Below are positions 1 to 8,430 of a DNA stretch of 64,000 nt, piece by piece. Made by a program: the position numbers and the translations under genes. The DNA comes from Candidatus Thorarchaeota archaeon. GTDB taxonomy: Archaea > Asgardarchaeota > Thorarchaeia > Thorarchaeales > Thorarchaeaceae. Positions within the stretch are counted from its first letter, which is position 1. Each line of letters opens with the position of its first letter. The stretch is taken from the NCBI GenBank assembly GCA_048882045.1, contig JBHLRZ010000017.1, positions 10,346 to 74,345 of the forward strand. Direction: 5' to 3'. Below the pieces are notes generated by a model. It saw only the letters and a list, made by a program, of their open reading frames with translations, was not told where the DNA came from and searched no databases.

Positions 1-676
1 CTATCTCATATTCTACCAGAAAATTATCGTAAGCCTCCAATAGTGGAGCAATGCGAGGATCATTTCCTGGAAGTTCATTTTCCATGACCATTTGCTCCCT
101 AAGGAATTTACAGCCCATTCGAACCTTCTGAAGTGGAGCTAGGTCAAGTACTTTCTTTTTCTTTCCAGCTTTTTTTAGCTCGGGTTTCGCTTTCTTGAAT
201 AGAGCCATTTCTACCTCTTCTACCTCGTCGATCAGAAACCCAAAACCATCACGTTTCAGCGCTGATGGTACAAGAAGTCTAGTCTTTTTCTTTTTCAGTA
301 GTCCTTCAACAAGCTCGATGCATCTGTTTCTAACGCTCCTTCGTCCCTCCTTCCATGTCTTTTCTTTGACAAAGAGAGAGAGAAGGTCTGAGGTTGATAT
401 ATTGAGTGCGATACTTAGAGAAAGAATATCCAATGCTCCAAAAATCGCATCTCGAAGTAGAATCAAGGTTTCTGTTGCTGATATCTTAGAGTTTTCCCGA
501 TTCCAGTAAGTTTCAATGTCTTTGTACATCCTATCCCATGGAAGGGACTTCTTGTTGGAGAAATAGCCCTTCATTAGTTCAGCGACTGCATCAATATCTC
601 CACGTCTGCTGAGCTCAGCAATCTTGTGGACATATGCTAACCTCTTCGGTTTCGCAGTAGTTCGCTTCTTACTCAG
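1..676 (-). CDS. Hypothetical protein, partial (runs off the window start); probable CTG start
   Basis: Absent from the ORF track because it has no stop in the window. Translated by hand it is open from CTG at 676 (GGAGG at 690-686) to position 1: LSKKRTTAKPKRLAYVHKIAELSRRGDIDAVAELMKGYF...PLLEAYDNFLVEYEI. Confidence 0.75.
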   Translation of the reverse strand, partial: MSKKRTTAKPKRLAYVHKIAELSRRGDIDAVAELMKGYFSNKKSLPWDRMYKDIETYWNRENSKISATETLILLRDAIFGALDILSLSIALNISTSDLLSLFVKEKTWKEGRRSVRNRCIELVEGLLKKKKTRLLVPSALKRDGFGFLIDEVEEVEMALFKKAKPELKKAGKKKKVLDLAPLQKVRMGCKFLREQMVMENELPGNDPRIAPLLEAYDNFLVEYEI

Positions 677-788
677 GAGATACAACCTCCGGACTCATTC
701 ATCTGAACCTTTGAGGTCTATATGCCTTTTTTGATGCTGTATTCCTTGATAATAAAAAGAGATAGTATGAATCTTGCCGGTTTGGACC

Positions 789-1310
789 TTATCTCGATTT
801 CAACCTATCCATCTCTTTCTCTACTCTCTCTTTATCGACCAACAATTTTCGACCTTCAGCAACTAGCGCGGCCATCTCCTGTTGGTACTTTTCCTTTGTG
901 ATGAACTTACTTCGTAGCTGAGCTTCCAACGTTTCTCGACGCTTCTTGATATCCTTCAGGGCACTCTCTATGGAACGTTTCCTTACTCTGAGCATCAGAA
1001 GATTTCGACCGTCTATCTCCTTTATCTTAGAATCACCCATTGTCTTCGTTGACTTTCTAACTGTAGCGATAGACTCTCTAAGTTCTTTCTTTGAAGGACT
1101 CTCAGTTATCTGCGGCGGTCTTGGTTTTCCAACCTTTCTAACATCTTTTTCAACTGTAGTCTTCTGAGTCTTTTGACTTTTGAATGACTGCTCTGGACTC
1201 TTCTTCGTGTGATTAGTAGTCTTTAGGTTTCTCCCCTCTGCCTTTGCCATCTTCTCCAGACTAGCCTTGTAACGTTTTAGCCTTTCTTCAGGAGAATGTT
1301 CGTATGGCAA
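789..1310 (-). CDS. Lys-rich hypothetical protein with C-terminal coiled coil
   Basis: 173-aa ORF with TTG start, K/E-rich heptad C-terminus and no recognisable motif. Confidence 0.7.
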   Translation of the reverse strand: MPYEHSPEERLKRYKASLEKMAKAEGRNLKTTNHTKKSPEQSFKSQKTQKTTVEKDVRKVGKPRPPQITESPSKKELRESIATVRKSTKTMGDSKIKEIDGRNLLMLRVRKRSIESALKDIKKRRETLEAQLRSKFITKEKYQQEMAALVAEGRKLLVDKERVEKEMDRLKSR

Positions 1311-1413
1311 TTTTCAATCACTCTGACTAAATCTGTCTGCAAATATGCAGGTCCCACTACTACCTTGAGAGCGAGTCTTTTAATCATTATTTGGGCAGAG
1401 TCAATTTGATGTC

Positions 1414-2607
1414 CTAGAAGAATGATCCGGGTGGTTCTGTCACCGTGCTTGGACCCTTCTTCTTGGATGTCTGCTTCAGTGACAGCACCTCAACGAGCTT
1501 GTATTCTTTGGAGCCCATTCCCAATTTCTCTGCATAGTCGACAGTAATGTACGGATCTTTCAAAGGACCATTGATCCTCTGGAATGGATGGAGTCCAGGT
1601 TCATTGTGCAATCGTATAAACGGAGGAACCATACTCTCTATCAGTTCCTGCTGCCCGATCAAGTCGAGACTCGCTTGCTCAATAGCTACAATATCTCTGC
1701 TTCCAAGAACACCGATGTCATTCAGAATATTAGGTTGACCCATGCCCCAACAGTCACAAAATGGTGTAATATCCATCAGAAAGCTGAGGAAGAATCGTTT
1801 GTTCTTATCGAATGTCTTGAGGATCTCATTTGCTCCGATTGCCATGAGTTCTTGGAAGAGAGAGAAGTTCGCTTGTTTTATCTGGAGACATCCCACATCT
1901 TTGTCTGCTTCAATACAGTCCATGCACTGAATACACATACCGAATGCTACAGTCAATTTGTGTTTCTCTTCATCGTACTTGATGACTTCCTCTTTACATG
2001 CCTTGACCAGTTTCTTTGCATGTTCAGGTGTGCATTTGTCAGCGTCCCAATACGGGATTGACTGCTCAATCCCATGGATTTTATTCCATCGCGAAGGTCC
2101 GTGATAACCTCCCAGTGCAATGTTCTTGATGGCTCCTCCGAATCCACAGGAATTGTGACCCTTGACATGCGTGAGGTCTATCAAAACATCAGCGTCATAG
2201 AGCACTCCTCCTATCTTCAGAGTGTCGACATTGTGGAAATTCACATTGAAGTCATAGGTGTATCCATCCTTTACACCAGCCACTGGGATGATAGGACATC
2301 CACAAGTTTCCTGAGTGTAACCTCGTTCTACAGCATTGTAAACTGCTGTGGGATTATCTGTTATGAATGGATAACCACCCACCTTCTTCACAGCCTGAAC
2401 GATCCTTCTGACAAAGAAGACAGGTACTGTCTGATAACCGTCATTGAAACCAAGGTGCATCTTGATAGCGACCTTGTCCTTCTTTTCAATCGTCTTGAAA
2501 TCCAGTTTCTTAACGACTTCGTCAACCTTGGCTGCAAAGGCAGCCCACCTGCTAGTGTTGCCTTGGATGACTGATCCATAGTATACTTTCGGGGGTCCTG
2601 CGCTCAT
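1414..2607 (-). CDS. DUF362 family iron-sulfur protein (COG2768-like)
   Basis: KVAIKMHLG, THVKGH-x3-GFGGAIKN, CIQCMDC ferredoxin-like motif, DITPFCDC, DIGVLGSRDIVAIEQASLDL. Confidence 0.9.
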   Translation of the reverse strand: MSAGPPKVYYGSVIQGNTSRWAAFAAKVDEVVKKLDFKTIEKKDKVAIKMHLGFNDGYQTVPVFFVRRIVQAVKKVGGYPFITDNPTAVYNAVERGYTQETCGCPIIPVAGVKDGYTYDFNVNFHNVDTLKIGGVLYDADVLIDLTHVKGHNSCGFGGAIKNIALGGYHGPSRWNKIHGIEQSIPYWDADKCTPEHAKKLVKACKEEVIKYDEEKHKLTVAFGMCIQCMDCIEADKDVGCLQIKQANFSLFQELMAIGANEILKTFDKNKRFFLSFLMDITPFCDCWGMGQPNILNDIGVLGSRDIVAIEQASLDLIGQQELIESMVPPFIRLHNEPGLHPFQRINGPLKDPYITVDYAEKLGMGSKEYKLVEVLSLKQTSKKKGPSTVTEPPGSFF

Positions 2608-2659
2608 ATTGTGACAGTCAGGTTTCCCTAGTTAAAATCGTTACTGAGCAAGTAAATTG

Positions 2660-2785
2660 CAGAGAAAGGATGCAACAATAAAGAAAGACCATTAGGGATG
2701 ATGCGTTGAACATTAGTTGCATCCCTTCTCATGTCCACCACACAATCGATATCCGACCGACTGCCCCGTGGGGGAACTACATCTA
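2660..2785 (-). ncRNA. Candidate structured RNA or 3'UTR element
   Basis: 15-bp stem 2662-2676/2716-2730 with one G-U on the minus strand; competing helix 2694-2700/2720-2726; TATA-like CCTTTTATT upstream on the minus strand (2811-2803). Confidence 0.3.
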
Positions 2786-2869
2786 TCAAGACTCTCCAAT
2801 TGAATAAAAGGAGGCTGAACAACGTAAGCATTGTGTCAATGTTGGCACAACAACGCGTGCATCGAAAGA

Positions 2870-3403
2870 CTATGTCATCATATCCATACCGAACTGTCTC
2901 CGGATGAGACTCCCTAATCCAAGTCCAACCAGGAAATAAAACCCATAGAAACTGAGTCCGAAGCCACCTGCAGTTGGAGTTCCTATCATCCCAGTCAGAA
3001 ATGGTAGTACATCCTGGATGTTGAATGGAATTACTGCAACAATGCTATTACCATAAATTGCATTCATCAATCCCCAGAATAGGATGAGTGGAATGTAGAA
3101 GTAACACATTGGCTTGCATCTGGCTGTCATCATTGAGCTCTGGAGTCTCATGATCCGACCTTGGTCCTCTTGGACCTGCTGCAGCAGGATGGGATCCATT
3201 GACTTTCTTGCTTCATTGAATCTTGCTTGCCATTCCTTGACTGCTGCCATGTCTTCCTTCATCTTCTCCATGTCTGAGAATCGTCTGGTCATCCAGATGG
3301 ACACTAATACGATTCCTAAGGCGACGAGTGCAACAAATACGGTTGACCATGGCATGACAGAAACAGGTGCAAAGATAGCTATGAAATCGCTCCAGATGTC
3401 CAT
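2870..3403 (-). CDS. EMC3/TMCO1 (DUF106, Oxa1 superfamily) membrane insertase
   Basis: TM, then a coiled coil (DMEKMKEDMAAVKEWQARFNEAR), then KPM-x4-IP, TM and a final WY-like TM (FYGFYFLVG). Start refined to ATG 3403 with GGAGA RBS. Confidence 0.85.
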   Translation of the reverse strand: MDIWSDFIAIFAPVSVMPWSTVFVALVALGIVLVSIWMTRRFSDMEKMKEDMAAVKEWQARFNEARKSMDPILLQQVQEDQGRIMRLQSSMMTARCKPMCYFYIPLILFWGLMNAIYGNSIVAVIPFNIQDVLPFLTGMIGTPTAGGFGLSFYGFYFLVGLGLGSLIRRQFGMDMMT

Positions 3404-3678
3404 ATGTTTTCTCCAATCTGTCGAAACAACCTGTGTGCATTTTAAGGGTTGTCTTTCACTCCCTGGTCTGACAGTATAACAACAGCCTATAACTGTCACA
3501 AACATAGTCGCCCAGGGCAATACTCAACATGCGGCGTATACGCCATAGGTGTTAGAAGTCACCAATGTAAACATGCTTCTGTAAGGCTCATGTGCACAAA
3601 TAATTGCAACATCACTGTAATGCAAATGGTCTCGGAAGGGGCTTATATTGGCTAAACCAATACCCAGTAAACGCATGC

Positions 3679-3750
3679 ATTTATGTAATGTACACGTTGG
3701 TTTTGTTTCGAATGATTTCGATATCATCGTATTGTAAACGTTACATAAAT
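3679..3750. repeat. Inverted repeat ATTTATGTAA ... TTACATAAAT (face-to-face TATA-like boxes)
   Basis: Exact 10-bp inverted repeat at 3679-3688 and 3741-3750, extendable inward with mismatches. Confidence 0.6.
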
Positions 3751-3997
3751 TCGCGCCAATCATAGCTCCAATAATACAAGTTTAGAAATCTCTCATTCTA
3801 AAGTGTCTTTGTATGAGCCCCTAATACTCTCTAATGCAATAGAAGCTGCCAAAATGCATGATTTACCGCATTTTGGAAGTATTCTCAAAAAGGAAAAACG
3901 CGCGAAAAGCATGGGTGTACATATACAAACCCTATGTGCTTATATATTGGATAACGTGTACTTTCTCTGTCGAGACCGCCGGGAGGGTACGACGCAC

Positions 3998-4267
3998 ATG
4001 ATGATGTTTAGCCGAATGCTTAGACGACAAGGATTCTATCGAGTTAAAAACCAGACCGATCCTGTCTACATGAAACACGGTGTTGGTCTTGGTGGAATAT
4101 ACGTGCGAATTGAACATAAGAAAGCCCTGATACAAGTTCGGGACCTCGGAATTGAAGAAGAGTTCACCAAGGTCAAGAAGCTTGAGAATTTTATCAATGA
4201 ACTTGAAGACACGGCATATCGTGAGAAGTGCTTTATTGTCCACCGAATGCGTGGGACCGGTTCATAG
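3998..4267 (+). CDS. Small hypothetical protein (89 aa)
   Basis: 3' part of ORF 3803..4267. GGGAGG RBS precedes ATG 3998 and a CTTATATA TATA-like box lies at about 3939. Confidence 0.7.
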   Translation: MMMFSRMLRRQGFYRVKNQTDPVYMKHGVGLGGIYVRIEHKKALIQVRDLGIEEEFTKVKKLENFINELEDTAYREKCFIVHRMRGTGS

Positions 4268-4299
4268 TTAATCTCCTTTCTTCTCCTCTTGCGAATCTT

Positions 4300-4323
4300 A
4301 AAGCCCAGCTCTGCTGGGCTTTT
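4300..4323 (+). terminator. Hairpin terminator-like element
   Basis: Perfect AAAGCCCAGC-TCT-GCTGGGCTTT stem downstream of the stop codon. Confidence 0.45.
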
Positions 4324-4383
4324 CCCCATATCCTAGTAAGCTATCTTGATAAGTCATCCAGAAGATAATCATGCTGAGCTGAA

Positions 4384-5763
4384 TTGACAGATATTGCTCT
4401 CAGTCTACAGAATGCCATATCTGAAGGAGACTATGCAACAAGTTCGCGTTTCATTGATTGGACGATGAAAAAGGGTGCACTCATCGATCTTGTATCTGGG
4501 CTTGAAGCATTAGAAGAAGCTACATCACACACAACTCTAGAACTGAGAGACCATGTTTTCTACTTCCTTGGAATGTGGGATGTCTATTTCGCAGTACAGA
4601 TGTCATCAACTGATGTGCTGAAGCTCTTGAGCATAAATGGTGTCCAAGAACGAGCTCAGGATTTCATGGTCCACTATATCAATAACCTTCTTGACCGCAA
4701 AGACCCTAGGTTTGACCAATTTTGCGTAAATATCCAGACAGTAAGCAGAGGACATTATGCCATTCTTGTCCCCTCGATATTGGAACAAAGGACAGAAGAA
4801 CTTCTCAACTGTGAAATCCAGTATCTTGATGAACCACCCCGGTTATACTGTACAGCGGACTTATTGAACACATATTATGGGCAGAAAATTGTAGCTGCGA
4901 CTCATGGACAAAGGTCTTTTGATATAGTGGTCGATGAAAAGCAATTTCGGATTATACGAGAGAGTCTTGAATCTACAGGACTTGACATTGAAACAATGCT
5001 TGAGGAAATTGATTCAGATAATTGGGATGAATATGTAAGAAGCAGAAGAAATACTAGAATCAAGAAATATACGAGGGATGAAAAGGAGTCTCATCATGAG
5101 TTAGCAAGTGAACTGGCTGAGCTTCACAGGGTGAAATCTGCTCGCTCCAACATCTATTCTGATGACTTCAATCAGCAAATCGCTGCTCTTCAAACAATAG
5201 ATTCATCGAAGACTCAGCTATGCAATGATGTTCTATCTGACATAGCTATGAATCCTTCGCACTCACTAAGAAAACGGGCTTTGAATCAGCTAGGCAAGTC
5301 AGGTGACTTACTCACGCTTGATTTGCTTGGTGACCTTATGAAAAATGACGCATCGTCTGCAATAAGAAGGGAGGCAGCCCGTGCGTTTTCCACTCTAAGT
5401 TCGAGAGCTGCAGGACTGAAGCAGCTTGCTCCTCTGCCTTCCTCCAAACCACCATCCGTTGATGTTTCCAGGATCAATATTGTACTCAACAATCTGATTA
5501 GTAGGAGAATGCCCGCGACAATGATCGACGAAGCTCTTCATTCGTTCGCTCTCCAAGGTGGTCAAGGATCAGGTGAGCTTCTACTGAGGCTGTTTTCGCA
5601 TCCAGATGAGCGAATACGAGGAAGCATTGTGAGGACTACAAGAACTTTGGATAGAGAGAGTGCGGCTCCAATAGTCCGTGCAGCACTCCAAGACGAGTCA
5701 GTTGAAATTGTCAAGTTGGCTGAGAATGAGCTGGATTCAAGATGGCCTGATGAAGTCTGGTGA
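4384..5763 (+). CDS. HEAT/PBS-lyase repeat-containing protein
   Basis: C-terminal HEAT-like repeats (LRKRALNQLG, DASSAIRREAARAF, HPDERIRGSIV, ALQDESVEIVKLA). Confidence 0.8.
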   Translation: MTDIALSLQNAISEGDYATSSRFIDWTMKKGALIDLVSGLEALEEATSHTTLELRDHVFYFLGMWDVYFAVQMSSTDVLKLLSINGVQERAQDFMVHYINNLLDRKDPRFDQFCVNIQTVSRGHYAILVPSILEQRTEELLNCEIQYLDEPPRLYCTADLLNTYYGQKIVAATHGQRSFDIVVDEKQFRIIRESLESTGLDIETMLEEIDSDNWDEYVRSRRNTRIKKYTRDEKESHHELASELAELHRVKSARSNIYSDDFNQQIAALQTIDSSKTQLCNDVLSDIAMNPSHSLRKRALNQLGKSGDLLTLDLLGDLMKNDASSAIRREAARAFSTLSSRAAGLKQLAPLPSSKPPSVDVSRINIVLNNLISRRMPATMIDEALHSFALQGGQGSGELLLRLFSHPDERIRGSIVRTTRTLDRESAAPIVRAALQDESVEIVKLAENELDSRWPDEVW

Positions 5764-5764
5764 A

Positions 5765-6075
5765 AAGCAAAGGGTGACGAAACCGCCAGTCGCTGTCACT
5801 GTCGTCAATGCATCAATAGAGGTCTTGGGATTGTCATTACGCAGCCAAGTTGGTTTTTTAAACCAGCTGCGTTGTATCGTTGAGATTTCTGATTCTGTGA
5901 TGTCTATTTAGGTCGCTGATGTTCCAGCGATCTCGTCTCTGTTACAAGAGGGCCCTCCGAACACTGTCCCTTCTGTCCGGAGAGCTCGCTCCACGGTCTT
6001 GCGGAAAGGTTGCATTCTACTCTGGAAGTTGACTGTTCGCGGTAGTTGTCTGAAACGCGTGAGGAGGAGGAGAAT
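5765..6075 (-). ncRNA. Candidate ~300-nt structured ncRNA with 5' CUCCUCCUCCUC tract
   Basis: Several stems: 5952-5963/5974-5985 (12 bp, two G-U pairs on the minus strand only), 5839-5845/5866-5872, 5913-5918/5925-5930 and 5774-5778/5795-5799, the last followed by a U-rich tract. No credible ORF. Confidence 0.5.
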
Positions 6076-6101
6076 TTTGGTTGCCAACCATATGGTAAGT
6101 T

Positions 6102-6178
6102 CCGCGAATTTCGCAACATATCAGATATTGATTGCGTATATCGCAATTCCGATATTAAAATATTTGCGATATTCGCAT
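6102..6178. promoter_or_regulatory. Three phased 15-bp palindromic operator boxes TTGCG-W5-CGCAA (Lrp/AsnC-like)
   Basis: CCGCGAATTTCGCAA 6102-6116, TTGCGTATATCGCAA 6132-6146, TTGCGATATTCGCAT 6164-6178; centre-to-centre spacing 30 and 32 bp. Confidence 0.7.
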
Positions 6179-6235
6179 ATAAAGGAAATGGTATAACCGT
6201 CCAAGGAATAGTTCCTAATAGTCTTCATCCCTCAA

Positions 6236-7435
6236 TCATCGACGAATTTTCGATACCAAATAGCCGGGTGCGGCTGCCAAAATTGCACTCCTGACTCCTC
6301 TGAGACCTGCAAGCATCTCTGCAATAACTCTAGATGACTTATCAGAGTTCATGAATGTAGATCCCACAGAGCTAGAACCTGATTCCAAGAACCTCTTCTG
6401 TAGCCACAATCCCCACTTGAGGTCTGAACCAAATGCTTTGGTCCACTCTTTCTCATACTCGGAGAGGGTCTTAGTTGAGAAGTCACTATCTTTGATACAT
6501 CTTGCAGCTGTTTCTGCAGCCTTGAGTCCTCCCATCATCGAATAATGAATTCCTTCCCCTGAGATTGGTGAACAGTGGCATGCGGCATCTCCAGCTAGAA
6601 GAATTCGATTTCCGAACGATGGGCTTACAATTCCTGCTAGTGGCATGAGTGCTGCCTCTTTCTTCGTAATCTCTGCACCTGCGTCCTTTAACTCAGTACT
6701 GATTGGTTGAACATCACTGATAAGATAGTCCAGATAATCGAATGTTCTACGACTGCTCTCTCGGACCTTGTTCACCAGTCCACCTGTACCTACGACCGTT
6801 TCTCGGTCTCTTGGGAAATTCCAGGCGTATCCTCTCGGAGAGAACTCGCTCCCATAGAAGAAATCGTTAGCGCCAGGTAGGGTATCTTTACACTTCATTT
6901 GATACTGAACCGCATACCCTAACTGATTGTTTGGAGGTCTCGGTCGCACAATAGATGACCTCTGGCTTGCTGGATTTGTACCACTAGCATCAATGATGAG
7001 CTCACTTGAGAGGCTGTCACTCGCATTGTCTTTTGTGAAACGAATAGTACACGATTCCTTTGTTGATTCTACCCAGTTGCACTCCGTACTCAGCCATATC
7101 TCTCCTGAATCTTGGGACACCTTCTCTAGTAATGCTTTACCGAAGTCCTCCCTGCTAACGTTTACTCCTACTGGAACTTCGAAATGAACCTCCCTGATGT
7201 TGAGGCTTGGAAACTTCATCCGAATAGTCTCAATGGGATATGCACCTGACATACCTTGAAGGTCGAATTCTTTCAGTGCACGACTTGGAACGTAACCTCC
7301 GCATGCTTTGTTGATTCCCGGAGAGGAGTCTCTGCTTACTAACGTGTAGGAGATCTCCAACTCTTCTAGTCGACGGGCTGCAATGAGACCAGCAGGTCCA
7401 GCACCTATAATGATAACTTCAGTATCAACGGTCAT
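6236..7435 (-). CDS. Geranylgeranyl reductase family FAD-dependent oxidoreductase
   Basis: IIGAGPAG FAD motif, KACGG, PRGYAWNFP, LLAGDAA-x5-ISGEGI. Confidence 0.9.
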   Translation of the reverse strand: MTVDTEVIIIGAGPAGLIAARRLEELEISYTLVSRDSSPGINKACGGYVPSRALKEFDLQGMSGAYPIETIRMKFPSLNIREVHFEVPVGVNVSREDFGKALLEKVSQDSGEIWLSTECNWVESTKESCTIRFTKDNASDSLSSELIIDASGTNPASQRSSIVRPRPPNNQLGYAVQYQMKCKDTLPGANDFFYGSEFSPRGYAWNFPRDRETVVGTGGLVNKVRESSRRTFDYLDYLISDVQPISTELKDAGAEITKKEAALMPLAGIVSPSFGNRILLAGDAACHCSPISGEGIHYSMMGGLKAAETAARCIKDSDFSTKTLSEYEKEWTKAFGSDLKWGLWLQKRFLESGSSSVGSTFMNSDKSSRVIAEMLAGLRGVRSAILAAAPGYLVSKIRR

Positions 7436-7498
7436 TGGAATACTTCTATGGTTACATGACGTACTAATAATCTTGGTTAGAAATGTGATTAATGATGT

Positions 7499-8047
7499 CT
7501 ATGTCTCATCATTACGTGGTTCAACAGGTATCGAGTAACCACTTAGTTTTCTCACATTCATCATTTCTTTAGCAAGCCACTCAAAATTCTCCATGAAATC
7601 TAATCCTGGTCCATAATCTGGTCCTGTTCCAACATCCTTCTTCCGCAGTTCTTTGATAATGGTTTCGAACTTTAGCCACATCATGATAATTCTGAGCCCT
7701 AGCATTCGTTGAACCATTTTTACATCCACTATATTCTCCTTCACAAGTATCCCTAAACCGTCATAGATACTCCATAAGGACATTCTTTTTGCTGCTTCAT
7801 CCGGATTTGTCCAGGGCCCGTATTTTTGCATATAGTCTTCCATATCTTCCCATTGAGTCGACATTAGATCCCAGAATCTTTTGTAGCTCTCAGAATCGAC
7901 GCTCGTTTGATAGAGATTCATGAACATTTCTGTTTGTCTTGATTTTCGATTTCCTCTCACCGTAATCACATAGTATGAGAATCCTGCTAGAACTCCAAAG
8001 ACAGTCACAATGTCTCCCAACAGTTGAAGGATTTCTAAATCTTGCAT
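7499..8047 (-). CDS. Hypothetical membrane-anchored protein (DUF4760-like)
   Basis: N-terminal TM, YDGLGILVKENIVD, ENFEWLA. Start refined to ATG 8047 with GGAGA RBS. Confidence 0.7.
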   Translation of the reverse strand: MQDLEILQLLGDIVTVFGVLAGFSYYVITVRGNRKSRQTEMFMNLYQTSVDSESYKRFWDLMSTQWEDMEDYMQKYGPWTNPDEAAKRMSLWSIYDGLGILVKENIVDVKMVQRMLGLRIIMMWLKFETIIKELRKKDVGTGPDYGPGLDFMENFEWLAKEMMNVRKLSGYSIPVEPRNDET

Positions 8048-8214
8048 TTCGAGTCTCCAGAATAGAATTCGCTCCATTTGTTATAAGTGTCAAGAAATGG
8101 GTTAAATCTCAACAATTCATAGAGGAAGCTTCGAACTAGGGAAACTTCCCATAATTCGATTTGATGCAATACTAAATGTACGTTTTCACAATTTGGATGC
8201 TCACAAATAGAACT

Positions 8215-8430
8215 GAAAAATGTACGTGTACCAGTCCGCGTCGCCACGCACTCAAGGTTTACTCCGGGCCAGCTCGGAGTCCTTCACTGGACCGGTACAC
8301 GCTTAATCGCGATTTCCGATTGAGTAAACGCTTAATCCCGTGGAGTACACCTTTGCGAAGGAGGAGAGAGGATGAACAGAGAGAGACGCATCCTCAATCG
8401 GATTTCGAGAAACCCTAACTCCGGCCAGTG
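8215..8430 (-). ncRNA. Candidate ~215-nt structured ncRNA with CUCCUCC tract
   Basis: 13-bp stem 8225-8237/8289-8301 (G-U on the minus strand) closing a three-way junction, followed by ACAUUUUU; perfect 10-bp stem 8315-8324/8393-8402; TTTCATA TATA-like box at 8458-8452. Confidence 0.5.

Noticed and set aside
3679-3750. dif/Xer recombination site
   Set aside because: The arms are 52 nt apart, not 6 nt.
5761-5883. TGA read-through (selenocysteine) of the HEAT gene into the downstream structure
   Set aside because: The extension is short and not protein-like, there is no redox motif context, and most G-U pairs favour the opposite strand.
5765-6075. SRP RNA or RNase P RNA identity (CGAAACCGCC, ACAGAAGGG and TGAAAC snippets)
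   Set aside because: No SRP helix-8 CAGG/GGAA/AGCA motif, no 5'-3' terminal pairing and no GAGGAA P4 strand in the required order.
5904-6146. 80-aa minus-strand ORF across the structured region
   Set aside because: It starts inside an operator box, has no RBS and has Ser/Arg-rich non-protein-like composition.
8215-8301. H/ACA guide RNA or SECIS element (hairpin followed by ACA; GUGA...GA)
   Set aside because: The ACA is about 30 nt from the top of the internal loop rather than 14-16 nt. There is no apical AA motif and no upstream gene with an in-frame TGA.
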